DNA of 57,115 nt from Candidatus Kaiserbacteria bacterium (GTDB lineage: Bacteria; Patescibacteriota; Minisyncoccia; Phycocordibacterales; Phycocordibacteraceae), in assembly GCA_016194455.1 (NCBI GenBank), contig JACQBN010000010.1, positions 1-57,115 of the forward strand. The letters are read 5' to 3'. Position numbers and translations under genes: made by a program. This document shows, piece after piece, positions 1 through 9,145 of the stretch. Each line of letters opens with the position of its first letter. Within the stretch, counting starts at the first letter, position 1. Under the pieces are notes generated by a model that saw nothing but the letters and a program-made list of their open reading frames with translations, made no database searches and had not been told where the DNA came from.

Positions 1-230
1 AGCATCTCCTCTAGGAGCGGGGCAGTCTCCCCGCAATCGTAGTCAATGCGGTTCGTATCGCTCGCGACGACAATTTTAATTTCTTCAAAGAGCCGCCGCC
101 CGTCCACCGTAATCGATGCCGCCTGCCGTGCGGTATCAGCCGTCTCTTGCGCCTCCGCGCGGACTTGCTCTGGCTTTTTCGCGAAGACGCGCAGGATAAG
201 CCCGAAACGTTTTTCTGCGGTCGTTACCAT
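1..230 (-). CDS. hypothetical protein, partial (runs off the window start)
   Basis: Open frame from ATG at 230 on the minus strand (MVTTAEKRFGLILRVFAKK...) with no stop before base 1. Upstream TTGACA-17bp-GAGCAT lies 6 nt before the ATG. Absent from the ORF track because it has no stop. Confidence 0.65.
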   Translation of the reverse strand, partial: MVTTAEKRFGLILRVFAKKPEQVRAEAQETADTARQAASITVDGRRLFEEIKIVVASDTNRIDYDCGETAPLLEEM

Positions 231-326
231 CGTTCCATGCTCGCAACAAGGAAGAGGAGTGTCAATCTGCTCGCGGACGCTGCGACCCTTGCCCCGTCGC
301 AGCGGTTAAGTATAGATATACCTCCT

Positions 327-1274
327 ATGAAGATTCTCGTTACCGGAGCAGCGGGCGCCGTCGGCTCGCATGTGGCTGAGGCTTTGGCGCGCGCGGGCCA
401 CGCCGTCCACTGCATCGACTCATTCGATCCCTTCTACGCGCGGGAGCTCAAGGACAGCACGGCCGCCGATCTTGCAGAACACGGCATCCGCCTCGTCGAG
501 CTTGACCTCTGCACCGCGGATCTTGCGCCACACCTCGACGGCGTCGAGGTGATCTATCATTTCGCCGCGCAACCCGGGCTCGCGACGCACGTTCCCTTCG
601 TCCACTACGTGCGGAACAATCTGCTCGCGACCTACCACCTCCTCGAAGCAGCGAGGCGCGCAGGCAGCGTGTTGCTCTTTGTGCATATCTCCACCTCCTC
701 AGTCTACGGCGCGCACGCTGCGGGCGACGAAGCGAGCGAGCCGAAACCGACCTCCTTTTACGGCGTGACTAAGCTCGCCGCCGAGCAGCTTGCGCTTGCG
801 TATCACCGGGAAGGGCGCCTGCCAGTCGTAGTCCTGCGGCTTTTCTCGGTGTATGGAGAGCGGGAACGTCCGGAGAAACTCTTTCACAAGTTCATCAAAA
901 GCGTTCTCAACGAAGAGCCATTCATGCTCTACGAAGGAGCGGAGCGCCATGTTCGCAGCTATACGCATGTGGCTGACATCGTGAGCGGCTGTCTGCTCGC
1001 GCTCGCGCACCCCGAGAAGGCGGTGGGGCACATTTTCAACCTCGGCAATGACCACACCGTCACGACCATCGACGCTCTCGCGGCGCTCGAGAAGATCCTT
1101 GGGCAGAAGGCGAATGTCGTGCGCCTGCCGCGCCGCTCGGGGGATCAGCTCGAGACTGCCGCCAACATCCAGAAAGCCCGCAAGCTCCTCGGCTATAACC
1201 CCGTCATACGTATTGAAGAGGGGCTCGCGCGAGAGGCGCAGTGGTACCGGGAGAAGGTTTGGGGAAGGGCGTAA
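327..1274 (+). CDS. NAD-dependent epimerase/dehydratase (UDP-glucuronate 4-epimerase-like extended SDR)
   Basis: MKILVTGAAGAVGS Rossmann motif, HFAAQPG, STSSVYG, YGVTK (YxxxK). Start reassigned to ATG 327. Confidence 0.9.
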   Translation: MKILVTGAAGAVGSHVAEALARAGHAVHCIDSFDPFYARELKDSTAADLAEHGIRLVELDLCTADLAPHLDGVEVIYHFAAQPGLATHVPFVHYVRNNLLATYHLLEAARRAGSVLLFVHISTSSVYGAHAAGDEASEPKPTSFYGVTKLAAEQLALAYHREGRLPVVVLRLFSVYGERERPEKLFHKFIKSVLNEEPFMLYEGAERHVRSYTHVADIVSGCLLALAHPEKAVGHIFNLGNDHTVTTIDALAALEKILGQKANVVRLPRRSGDQLETAANIQKARKLLGYNPVIRIEEGLAREAQWYREKVWGRA

Positions 1275-1284
1275 AAAAGAGCCC

Positions 1285-1313
1285 TTGACAACATTGTATC
1301 AGTTTGTTATGAT
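1285..1313 (+). promoter_or_regulatory. sigma70 promoter TTGACA-17-TATGAT
   Basis: Consensus -35 at 1285-1290, -10 at 1308-1313; SD AGGAGGT at 1329-1335. Confidence 0.8.
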
Positions 1314-1341
1314 AGCGCCGTACCTGACAGGAGGTAACGAC

Positions 1342-1617
1342 ATGCGGTACGCGTTCTTTGTGGTCCTGGCGGCGATGATTTTGTCCCAGTCGACGGGGCT
1401 TTTTGTGGACGAAAGCGTCGCTCGCGAAGCCCTGGAAAATCAGGGATTCACCAAGGTCACGGTTACTGAACGGATCTGGTTCTTTCCATCGCTGCGCGGC
1501 TGCGGCAGCGGGGATGCGGCTCGCTTCAATGCGACCGCCACGAATCCGATTGGCAAGCCGGTGCAGGTGTACGTCTGCAGCGGCTGGCTCTTCAAGGGTT
1601 CTACCGTTCGTTCGTAA
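1342..1617 (+). CDS. small secreted/membrane-anchored protein with two Cys, phage-like hypothetical
   Basis: Hydrophobic N-terminus, CGSGD...F.AT.TNP.G..V...VC.GWLFKG.TVR pattern, own promoter, SD and terminator. Confidence 0.75.
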   Translation: MRYAFFVVLAAMILSQSTGLFVDESVAREALENQGFTKVTVTERIWFFPSLRGCGSGDAARFNATATNPIGKPVQVYVCSGWLFKGSTVRS

Positions 1618-1633
1618 CTAAAAGGAAGGACCG

Positions 1634-1668
1634 AAAGTCGGGGGATCTCTCCCCCGACTTTTCTTTTT
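1634..1668 (+). terminator. intrinsic terminator
   Basis: AAAGTCGGGGGA-tctc-TCCCCCGACTTT followed by a T-rich tract. Confidence 0.85.
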
Positions 1669-1694
1669 AGTTCGTCTCATTTATACTCTCCCTC

Positions 1695-3017
1695 ATGACT
1701 CGCTATCGGGTGGCTGCCGTGATTGCGCTTATCGCCGGATTCTTGCTCGCCTATTTCATCTGGGCGAGCGATGCCTCTCCCGAGAGCCGCTACCGCTTCA
1801 AGCTCGGGCTTGACCTGGCCGGCGGCACCGAGCTCGTCTACAAGGCCGATATGTCGCAAACTCCAGCAGCCGAGCAGTCCGGCGCTCTCACCGCGCTCCA
1901 GGGCGTCGTCGAGCGGCGGGTAAACCTTTTCGGCGTCGCGGAGCCCCTGGTCCAGACCGAGCGCGCAAGCGCACTCTCTGGCACCACCGAGGATCGTTTG
2001 ATAGTCGACTTGCCGGGCGTCACCGACATCAACGCCGCAGTCGCTGCGCTCGGCAAAACGCCAACGCTGGAATTCAAACTTGCGACAACTGCTCCCGCGG
2101 GCCCGGGGCAGGCGACCAGCTCTGTCGCTTTCATCACCACCGGCCTTACCGGCCGCTATCTCTCGAGTGCCGCTTTACAATTTGGTAGCGGAGCGACCGC
2201 GGGTCTCGTCTCTCCCGAGGTTCTGCTTACCTTCAACGCTGAAGGAGCGAAGCTTTTTGAACAGCTCACGAGCCAAAACGTCGGCCAAGTACTCGCGATA
2301 TTTCTTGATGGCCAACCCATTTCAACGCCCGTCATTCAAGAAGCGATCCCGGGCGGGGTCGCGACCATTACCGGTCACTTCAGCGCGACCGAGGCGCGCG
2401 ACCTAGTGCGGAACCTCAATTTCGGCGCGCTGCCCGTCCCGATCACACTCGAAAGTTCTTCGGCAGTTGGCCCCACCTTGGGCGCCGCAGCGATTGCCGC
2501 CGGCGTGGTCGCCGGGCTCCTCGGCTTCGCGATCGTCGCGCTCTTCATGACCCTCTGGTACCGCTTCGCGGGCCTCATCGCGGCGGTGGCGCTCGCGGAG
2601 TATCTGGTCTTCATGCTCTCCATCATCAAGGTAATCCCGATTACCCTCACCGCTTCGGGCATCGCGGGGCTTATCATCTCGCTTGGCATGGCGGTGGACG
2701 CGAATGTGCTTATTTTCGAGCGCACCAAGGAGGAGCTCCGCGAGGGGAAGCCGCCGCGCGAGGCGGTGCATATCGGCTTCGCGCGCGCGTGGACCGCGAT
2801 CCGCGACGGCCACCTCACCATGCTCATCTCGGGCGTCATCCTCTTCTGGCTCGGCACTTCTATCGTGCAGGGCTTCGCGCTCGTCTTCGTGCTCGGGGTG
2901 CTCGCCTCCTTCATCTCCGCGGTTTCGCTCTCGAGAGTGTTCCTGCTCGCTCTTGTGCCAGGCGAACAAGGCGGCGGGTGGCGCTTCCTGCTCGGCAGCG
3001 GTTTCCGTAACAACTGA
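1695..3017 (+). CDS. secD: protein translocase subunit SecD
   Basis: KLGLDLAGG, RRVNLFGVAEP, GALPVP, VGPTLG, GMAVDANVLIFER motifs. Confidence 0.97.
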   Translation: MTRYRVAAVIALIAGFLLAYFIWASDASPESRYRFKLGLDLAGGTELVYKADMSQTPAAEQSGALTALQGVVERRVNLFGVAEPLVQTERASALSGTTEDRLIVDLPGVTDINAAVAALGKTPTLEFKLATTAPAGPGQATSSVAFITTGLTGRYLSSAALQFGSGATAGLVSPEVLLTFNAEGAKLFEQLTSQNVGQVLAIFLDGQPISTPVIQEAIPGGVATITGHFSATEARDLVRNLNFGALPVPITLESSSAVGPTLGAAAIAAGVVAGLLGFAIVALFMTLWYRFAGLIAAVALAEYLVFMLSIIKVIPITLTASGIAGLIISLGMAVDANVLIFERTKEELREGKPPREAVHIGFARAWTAIRDGHLTMLISGVILFWLGTSIVQGFALVFVLGVLASFISAVSLSRVFLLALVPGEQGGGWRFLLGSGFRNN

Positions 3018-3020
3018 TCT

Positions 3021-3920
3021 ATGTACATCGCTCGCCATCGCACACTCTTCTTCTGGATCACCGGCCTCCTCCTTGCGGCCGCCGTCGCCGCAATCCTATT
3101 CTTCGGGCTCCCACTCGGCATCGACTTCACCGGCGGCTCACTGATGCAAATTTCGTATCCTGCTGGGCGCCCTGCACTCGCCACGATCCAAGAGCAGGTA
3201 GCGAGCATTCCGCTTGGCGCCGTCTCGGTCATCCCCTCGGGAGCAAATAACGTTTCTATCCGTACGCGCACGATGACACCTGCCGAGCATTCTGCTGTCC
3301 TCTCCGCCATATCAGGGAATGCACTCATCTCCGAGCTCGCCTACACCTCGGTAGGTCCCGCGCTCGGGAGCCAGTTCGCTGCCAAAGCGCTCTGGGCACT
3401 CATCGCAGTCATTCTTGTTATCGTCCTCTATATCACTTTCGCCTTCCGCAAGGTGTCGCGGCCAGTGCCCTCCTGGTGCTACGGCCTCACGGTCGTCGCG
3501 ATTCTCGCTCATGACCTCATCATCCCCGCCGGCTTCTATGCCATCCTCTGCTACTTCACCGGCGCGCAAGTAGATTCGCTCTTCGTCGTCGCGCTCCTTG
3601 CCTTGCTCGGCTATTCGGTCAATGACACCATCGTTATCTTCGACCGCGTGCGCGAGCACCTCGCGAGGAACGAGAAGACCGGATTGCGCGAGGAGTTTGT
3701 AGACACCGTCGGTAAATCGATCAGCGAAACGATGACCCGCTCCATCAACACCTCCTTCACCGTTATCCTCGCGCTCTCGGCGCTCATCTTCCTCGGCGCC
3801 GCAGTGACCCGCAACTTCGCGCTCGTGATGCTGGTCGGGGTGATTGCCGGCACCTATTCCTCCATCTTGCTCGCCGCACCGCTCTTGGTCCCGCTTGCGC
3901 GCCGCTTCGCCCGCACATGA
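3021..3920 (+). CDS. secF: protein translocase subunit SecF
   Basis: LGIDFTGGS, GYSVNDTIVIFDRVRE, RSINTS, GTYSSI motifs; directly follows secD. Confidence 0.97.
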   Translation: MYIARHRTLFFWITGLLLAAAVAAILFFGLPLGIDFTGGSLMQISYPAGRPALATIQEQVASIPLGAVSVIPSGANNVSIRTRTMTPAEHSAVLSAISGNALISELAYTSVGPALGSQFAAKALWALIAVILVIVLYITFAFRKVSRPVPSWCYGLTVVAILAHDLIIPAGFYAILCYFTGAQVDSLFVVALLALLGYSVNDTIVIFDRVREHLARNEKTGLREEFVDTVGKSISETMTRSINTSFTVILALSALIFLGAAVTRNFALVMLVGVIAGTYSSILLAAPLLVPLARRFART

Positions 3921-4483
3921 TCATCGGTATCACCGGCACGCTGGGCGCGGGTAAAGGAGAAGTCGCAGAATATTTGGTCAAGCAAAAGGGCTTCAAGCAC
4001 TATTCTTCTCGGGCACAAATCGTCGCGGAGATTGAGCACCGTGGTCTACCGGTAAATCGCGACACGATGACAGCAGTTGCCAACGATATGCGTCGTACAC
4101 ACGATCCAGCGTATCCGCAGCCGCAATCGTATGAGCAAGCACTTGCCGATCACGCAGAGAATGCCGTCATGGAGTCGGTTCGCGAAGTAGCCGGCGCAGC
4201 GTTTCTCAAGGCGCACGGCGCATTCCTGATCGGCGTCGACGCGGATCCGCGCATTCGCTACGAGCGCGCGATTAAGCGAGGGTCGAGTACGGATCATATA
4301 GATTTCGAAACATTTGTCGCGCAGGAGAAGCGGGAAATGCAGAACACCGACCCAACAAAACAGAATATCGGCGCCATCATGAAGATGGCGGATGCCGTGC
4401 TCACCAACAACGGCACGAAAGAAGAGCTGCATCAGCAGATAGAACAAACGCTTCAAACATTCAGCGCCTCCGACAAGGATTGA
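3917..4483 (+). CDS. P-loop nucleotide kinase-like protein (dephospho-CoA/NMP kinase fold)
   Basis: IIGITGTLGAGKG Walker A, ADPRIRYER, ADAVLTNNGT; ATGA overlap with secF. Confidence 0.8.
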   Translation: MIIGITGTLGAGKGEVAEYLVKQKGFKHYSSRAQIVAEIEHRGLPVNRDTMTAVANDMRRTHDPAYPQPQSYEQALADHAENAVMESVREVAGAAFLKAHGAFLIGVDADPRIRYERAIKRGSSTDHIDFETFVAQEKREMQNTDPTKQNIGAIMKMADAVLTNNGTKEELHQQIEQTLQTFSASDKD

Positions 4484-4524
4484 CGGCTCCTTGAAGAGTA
4501 TCGCTCCCCGCCCTCTGACGCAAC

Positions 4525-4553
4525 TTGCAATAAGTTAGGATGTGTAGTAGTTT
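4525..4553 (+). promoter_or_regulatory. probable sigma70 promoter TTGCAA-17-TAGTTT
   Basis: 17 bp spacing; SD GAGGAG at 4574-4579. Confidence 0.5.
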
Positions 4554-4585
4554 CTCAAGCAGAAGAGGCAACTGAGGAGAACACA

Positions 4586-5059
4586 ATGCCAAGGTATCGT
4601 TTTTTCGGCCGGTACAAGACTGCCAGTCAAAAAGCTGCCACCGAGTTGACGGAAATTATGAGTTTCGATGCGGCCACCGACGCTGCCGCTCGCGCGCAGG
4701 TTACGGAATTCCGCAGGAACCGTACGCCTATCGTGAATGCTCGGCTTGTCCGAATCGAAGAGCTCGAGGTCAAGGTCGAGGATACGCCCGGGTACGAGTT
4801 CCTTCCCTGGAACGATTGCGAATGCGGTTGCTACTGTTCCAATATCACTCTTGGCTCACGGACCTACTCAGTCTTCCATCGGGACATCGATACGTTCCGC
4901 CTCGACTACGGCCACAGCGCATTCGCCGGGGCTCTTGGCATCTTCGACTCCTTTGCGGATGCCGACCGCGAGGTCCGTCGTCTGGCGAAGCTCCACGTGG
5001 GAAAGGAATTCGGCGCTCTGAAAGAAACAGCCCAAGCCCTCGGGGTTCCGACTGCCTAA
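4586..5059 (+). CDS. hypothetical protein (CECGCYC Cys cluster)
   Basis: 157 aa ORF with SD, upstream promoter and downstream terminator. Confidence 0.7.
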   Translation: MPRYRFFGRYKTASQKAATELTEIMSFDAATDAAARAQVTEFRRNRTPIVNARLVRIEELEVKVEDTPGYEFLPWNDCECGCYCSNITLGSRTYSVFHRDIDTFRLDYGHSAFAGALGIFDSFADADREVRRLAKLHVGKEFGALKETAQALGVPTA

Positions 5060-5066
5060 TCAATCC

Positions 5067-5094
5067 GCCGCCGGCCCTCCGGCGGCTTTTCTTT
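5067..5094 (+). terminator. intrinsic terminator
   Basis: GCCGCCGG-ccct-CCGGCGGC-TTTTCTTT. Confidence 0.8.
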
Positions 5095-5104
5095 ATCCGC
5101 GTTT

Positions 5105-5135
5105 GCCACCACACCAACCGGGTTGGTGTGGTGGC
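5105..5135. repeat. 31 bp palindrome (REP-like)
   Basis: GCCACCACACCAACC-G-GGTTGGTGTGGTGGC with 15 bp perfect arms. Confidence 0.8.
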
Positions 5136-5164
5136 TTGACGCCCTTAAGGGCTTCCGCTAGGAT
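5136..5164 (+). promoter_or_regulatory. rRNA promoter TTGACG-17-TAGGAT
   Basis: Near-consensus hexamers ~170 nt upstream of the 16S; boxA-like CTGTTATTTGAAAA in the leader near 5247-5260. Confidence 0.75.
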
Positions 5165-5299
5165 GACTCCACTGCCACTCCGATAGCGAGAAGGCGGTCG
5201 TGCGCCCGAGAAAATGGACTCGGAAGAGTTCATTTGTCGTCTAGCGCTGTTATTTGAAAATGGAATACGTGCAAGCCCGCGGCGCTTCGCGCCGCGGGC

Positions 5300-5333
5300 G
5301 AAAAGATGTGTGAATTGTTTTGTTCCGCTTATT

Positions 5334-5334
<1 letters not shown>
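5300..5334 (+). other. 5' strand of the 16S processing (RNase III-type) stem, pairs with 6976-7010
   Basis: GAAAAGATGTGTGAATTGTTTTGTTCCGCTTATTC is complementary, with G-U pairs and a few mismatches, to GAATAGGCGGAACAAACGAGTTCGCACATCTTTTC. Confidence 0.85.
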
Positions 5335-6822
<1,488 letters not shown>

Positions 6823-6975
6823 AATGGAACCGATTTTCTCGAAAGGAAGATCACGTCGATCTGATTCGGCAAGAATCAGGGGAGATTGCTTTCGTCCCTA
6901 CACGAAGCACGGACGCCGGATAACGTATCCCGGTGTCCCGAGTCGAGATCCTCAATTGAGATTTCGACGAGGGGC
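6823..6975 (+). ncRNA. structured 3' trailer of the 16S (five hairpins), function unknown
   Basis: Consecutive stem-loops, including GAAA and GGCAA loops, enclosed by the processing stem. Confidence 0.5.
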
Positions 6976-7019
6976 GAATAGGCGGAACAAACGAGTTCGC
7001 ACATCTTTTCAACAACCAC

Positions 7020-7071
7020 AGCCGCCGCCCGAAGGGCGGCGGCTGCGTAGTGGAAGAACTCCGCTATTTTT
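7020..7071 (+). terminator. GC hairpin plus intrinsic terminator ending the 16S transcript
   Basis: AGCCGCCGCCC-GAA-GGGCGGCGGCT, then TAGTGGA-agaac-TCCGCTA-TTTTT. Confidence 0.7.
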
Positions 7072-7168
7072 GCTACTATCCCCAGGTTCGCACGCGTATG
7101 TATGCATACGCGTGCGGCGTTCGGCGAAAACACTTAAACGCAGACGTTCAGTTGTTTTGCCTCACTTT

Positions 7169-7241
7169 GCACGCGTAGCTCAGCTGGTAGAGCACTCGAC
7201 TGATACTCGAGCGGTCGTAGGTTCGACCCCTACCGCGTGCA
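7169..7241 (+). tRNA. tRNA-Ile (GAU), CCA not encoded
   Basis: Acceptor GCACGCG/CGCGTGC, D arm AGCTCAGCTGGTAGAGC, anticodon arm CTCGA-CTGATAC-TCGAG, T arm GTAGG-TTCGACC-CCTAC; extended -10 TGcTACTAT at 7071-7079. Confidence 0.96.
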
Positions 7242-7271
7242 CAGATAGAAACGCGCGTTATACTGAAAGCA

Positions 7272-7766
7272 ATGAAAGACGCGCTTGTGGTCGTTGCGCT
7301 TGCGCTCGTCGCTATTGCTGTGGGCGCCGTCCTCTACACGAAGAATCCCGCCGCGCCTTCCGCGCCAGCGACGATCGCGGGCACGCCCGTCTCCTTCAGC
7401 ACGCTTGCTTCGGGAATTGAATCGAGCGTCAAAGAGCCTAAAAATTACCTCATCACCTCGGAGCCCGGGCTCCAAGAGCTCTGGCAGATGATCAACAGTC
7501 AGGATCCGCCGCCTATAATTGACTTCACCAAGAATTCCGTCATCGCGATCTTCGCGGGCGCCGAGCCCACCGCGGGCTACGAGATTAAGGTCTCCGCTAT
7601 AGCGGACAGTGCCTCACGCCAAGTCCTGATTGTACTCACCAAACCGGGCGGCAGCTGCATCGTGCCGCAGATCGTCACGGCGCCCTACGAAGTCGTCGAG
7701 CTCCCCGCCACAGCGCTCCCGCTCACCCATCAACAGGCAGTAGAGACGACAAGTTGTTTGCAGTAA
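7272..7766 (+). CDS. membrane-anchored protein with PrcB C-terminal-like domain
   Basis: N-terminal TM; IDFTKNSVIAIFAGAEPTAGYEI and C..PQIVTAPY pattern. Confidence 0.75.
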   Translation: MKDALVVVALALVAIAVGAVLYTKNPAAPSAPATIAGTPVSFSTLASGIESSVKEPKNYLITSEPGLQELWQMINSQDPPPIIDFTKNSVIAIFAGAEPTAGYEIKVSAIADSASRQVLIVLTKPGGSCIVPQIVTAPYEVVELPATALPLTHQQAVETTSCLQ

Positions 7767-7772
7767 TCTCGC

Positions 7773-8237
7773 ATGCGGATTCTCAAGAAAGATTCCTATC
7801 TCGCGATGATTAAGAACGCCGAGGGCTCGAATCTTTTCCGTACGCTCTACGGCGAGACGGGAGGAGAGAAGCAGGACATCTTACGCGATGGCGATCTCTC
7901 TTGCGCCTTCTTTGTTTCATCCATTCTCCATCATTTTCATTTTGCCTACTGCAAATCGCCGCACGCGACCGTCGCCGGGCTGGAGCGCGATCTGCGGGAC
8001 TCCGGCTGGTGGAGAATAGAAATCCCCGCGGCAGGCGATGTCGTCTTCTGGATTCCCGGCGTGCAGAAGGGAGGCGAGGAGCATGCGCACGTCGGCTTCT
8101 CACTCGGGGGCGAGGAGGCCATCAGCAACGACGACCAGATGCGCTCTCCGCAGCGTCACCACCTCACCTTCGGCACCCGCGCGGGCGAGCCCGTCCGCGT
8201 CATCGCCGCGATCTACACGCGGGATTTCTCGGCATAA
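7773..8237 (+). CDS. NlpC/P60-like (papain fold) hydrolase
   Basis: DLSCAFFVSSIL catalytic Cys, GDVVFW, HAHVGF catalytic His. Confidence 0.65.
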   Translation: MRILKKDSYLAMIKNAEGSNLFRTLYGETGGEKQDILRDGDLSCAFFVSSILHHFHFAYCKSPHATVAGLERDLRDSGWWRIEIPAAGDVVFWIPGVQKGGEEHAHVGFSLGGEEAISNDDQMRSPQRHHLTFGTRAGEPVRVIAAIYTRDFSA

Positions 8238-8260
8238 ACCTCGCATGCTAGAGTGCGCAG

Positions 8261-8932
8261 ATGTCGGGAACATTAAGCGTCGTCGCGACTCCGATCGGGA
8301 ACTTGGGCGATATCACGTTGCGCGCGCTCGAGACCCTCAAACAGGCGGACGCAATCGCCTGCGAGGACACACGCGTCTCGGCGAAGCTGCTTGCGCGCTA
8401 CGACATCTCCAAGCCGCTTCTCATCTTCCACGCGCGAAGCGGCCAGAGGGCCGCTTCGCGCGTGCTCGCGTTGCTTGCCGAAGGGAAGCGCGTCGCGCTT
8501 ATCACTGATGCAGGCACGCCCGGCATCTCGGATCCGGGCACTGCGCTCGTCAAGGACGCGCGCGCCATCGGCGCGCGCGTTGAAGCAATCCCCGGCCCCT
8601 CCGCGCTCACCGCAGCACTCTCTATCGCCGGAGTACCTGCTGACGAATTTGTATTTCTTGGCTTCCCACCCCACAAGAAGGGCCGCCAGACTTTTTTCAA
8701 GAATCTTGTGCGCGAGGAGGGCACAGTCGTTTTCTATGAATCGCCGCACCGCGTCCTCAAGGCGCTTACAGCGCTCGCTTCCGCATTGCCTACTCGCCCT
8801 CTTACTATTTGTCGCGAGCTCACCAAGATCCACGAGTCGGTCCTCTCGGGGACCGCGGCAGAACTCGCCGCACATTTCGCGGCACATCCGGGCGAAGTCC
8901 GCGGCGAGTTTGTCGTCATTGTCGCGCCCTGA
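8261..8932 (+). CDS. rsmI: 16S rRNA (cytidine1402-2'-O)-methyltransferase
   Basis: VATPIGNLGDIT, ACEDTR, DAGTPGISDPG, FYESPHR, RELTKIHE. Confidence 0.96.
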   Translation: MSGTLSVVATPIGNLGDITLRALETLKQADAIACEDTRVSAKLLARYDISKPLLIFHARSGQRAASRVLALLAEGKRVALITDAGTPGISDPGTALVKDARAIGARVEAIPGPSALTAALSIAGVPADEFVFLGFPPHKKGRQTFFKNLVREEGTVVFYESPHRVLKALTALASALPTRPLTICRELTKIHESVLSGTAAELAAHFAAHPGEVRGEFVVIVAP

Positions 8933-8944
8933 TATACTCAGCCA

Positions 8945-9145
8945 ATGTCTCGCTCTTCTTCGCTTATCGTGCTTGGCGTCCTCACGATGCTGACACCCTT
9001 CTCGGGCTTGCCTTCCGCATTCCGCACGTTCCTGACGCTCCTCGTCGGCGCTATCGCGCTTGGGATCGGGGTCGCGGAGCGCGCCGAGCGGGCGCGCGCA
9101 TCACTTCCATCTGCCGCGCCCGCGCCCAATGCCCCCGCGCCCTAA
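8945..9145 (+). CDS. small two-TM membrane protein
   Basis: Two hydrophobic helices around PFSGLP; TATACT 6 nt upstream. Confidence 0.7.
   Translation: MSRSSSLIVLGVLTMLTPFSGLPSAFRTFLTLLVGAIALGIGVAERAERARASLPSAAPAPNAPAP

Noticed and set aside
1695-4483. Alternative genetic code (TGA read as Gly or Trp)
   Set aside because: secD, secF, rsmI, murB, secA and gatB end at TGA at expected lengths.
6823-6975. 5S rRNA, tRNA or intron reading of the 16S trailer
   Set aside because: No 5S or cloverleaf signatures, no group I/II core, and no displaced CCTCC tail after it.
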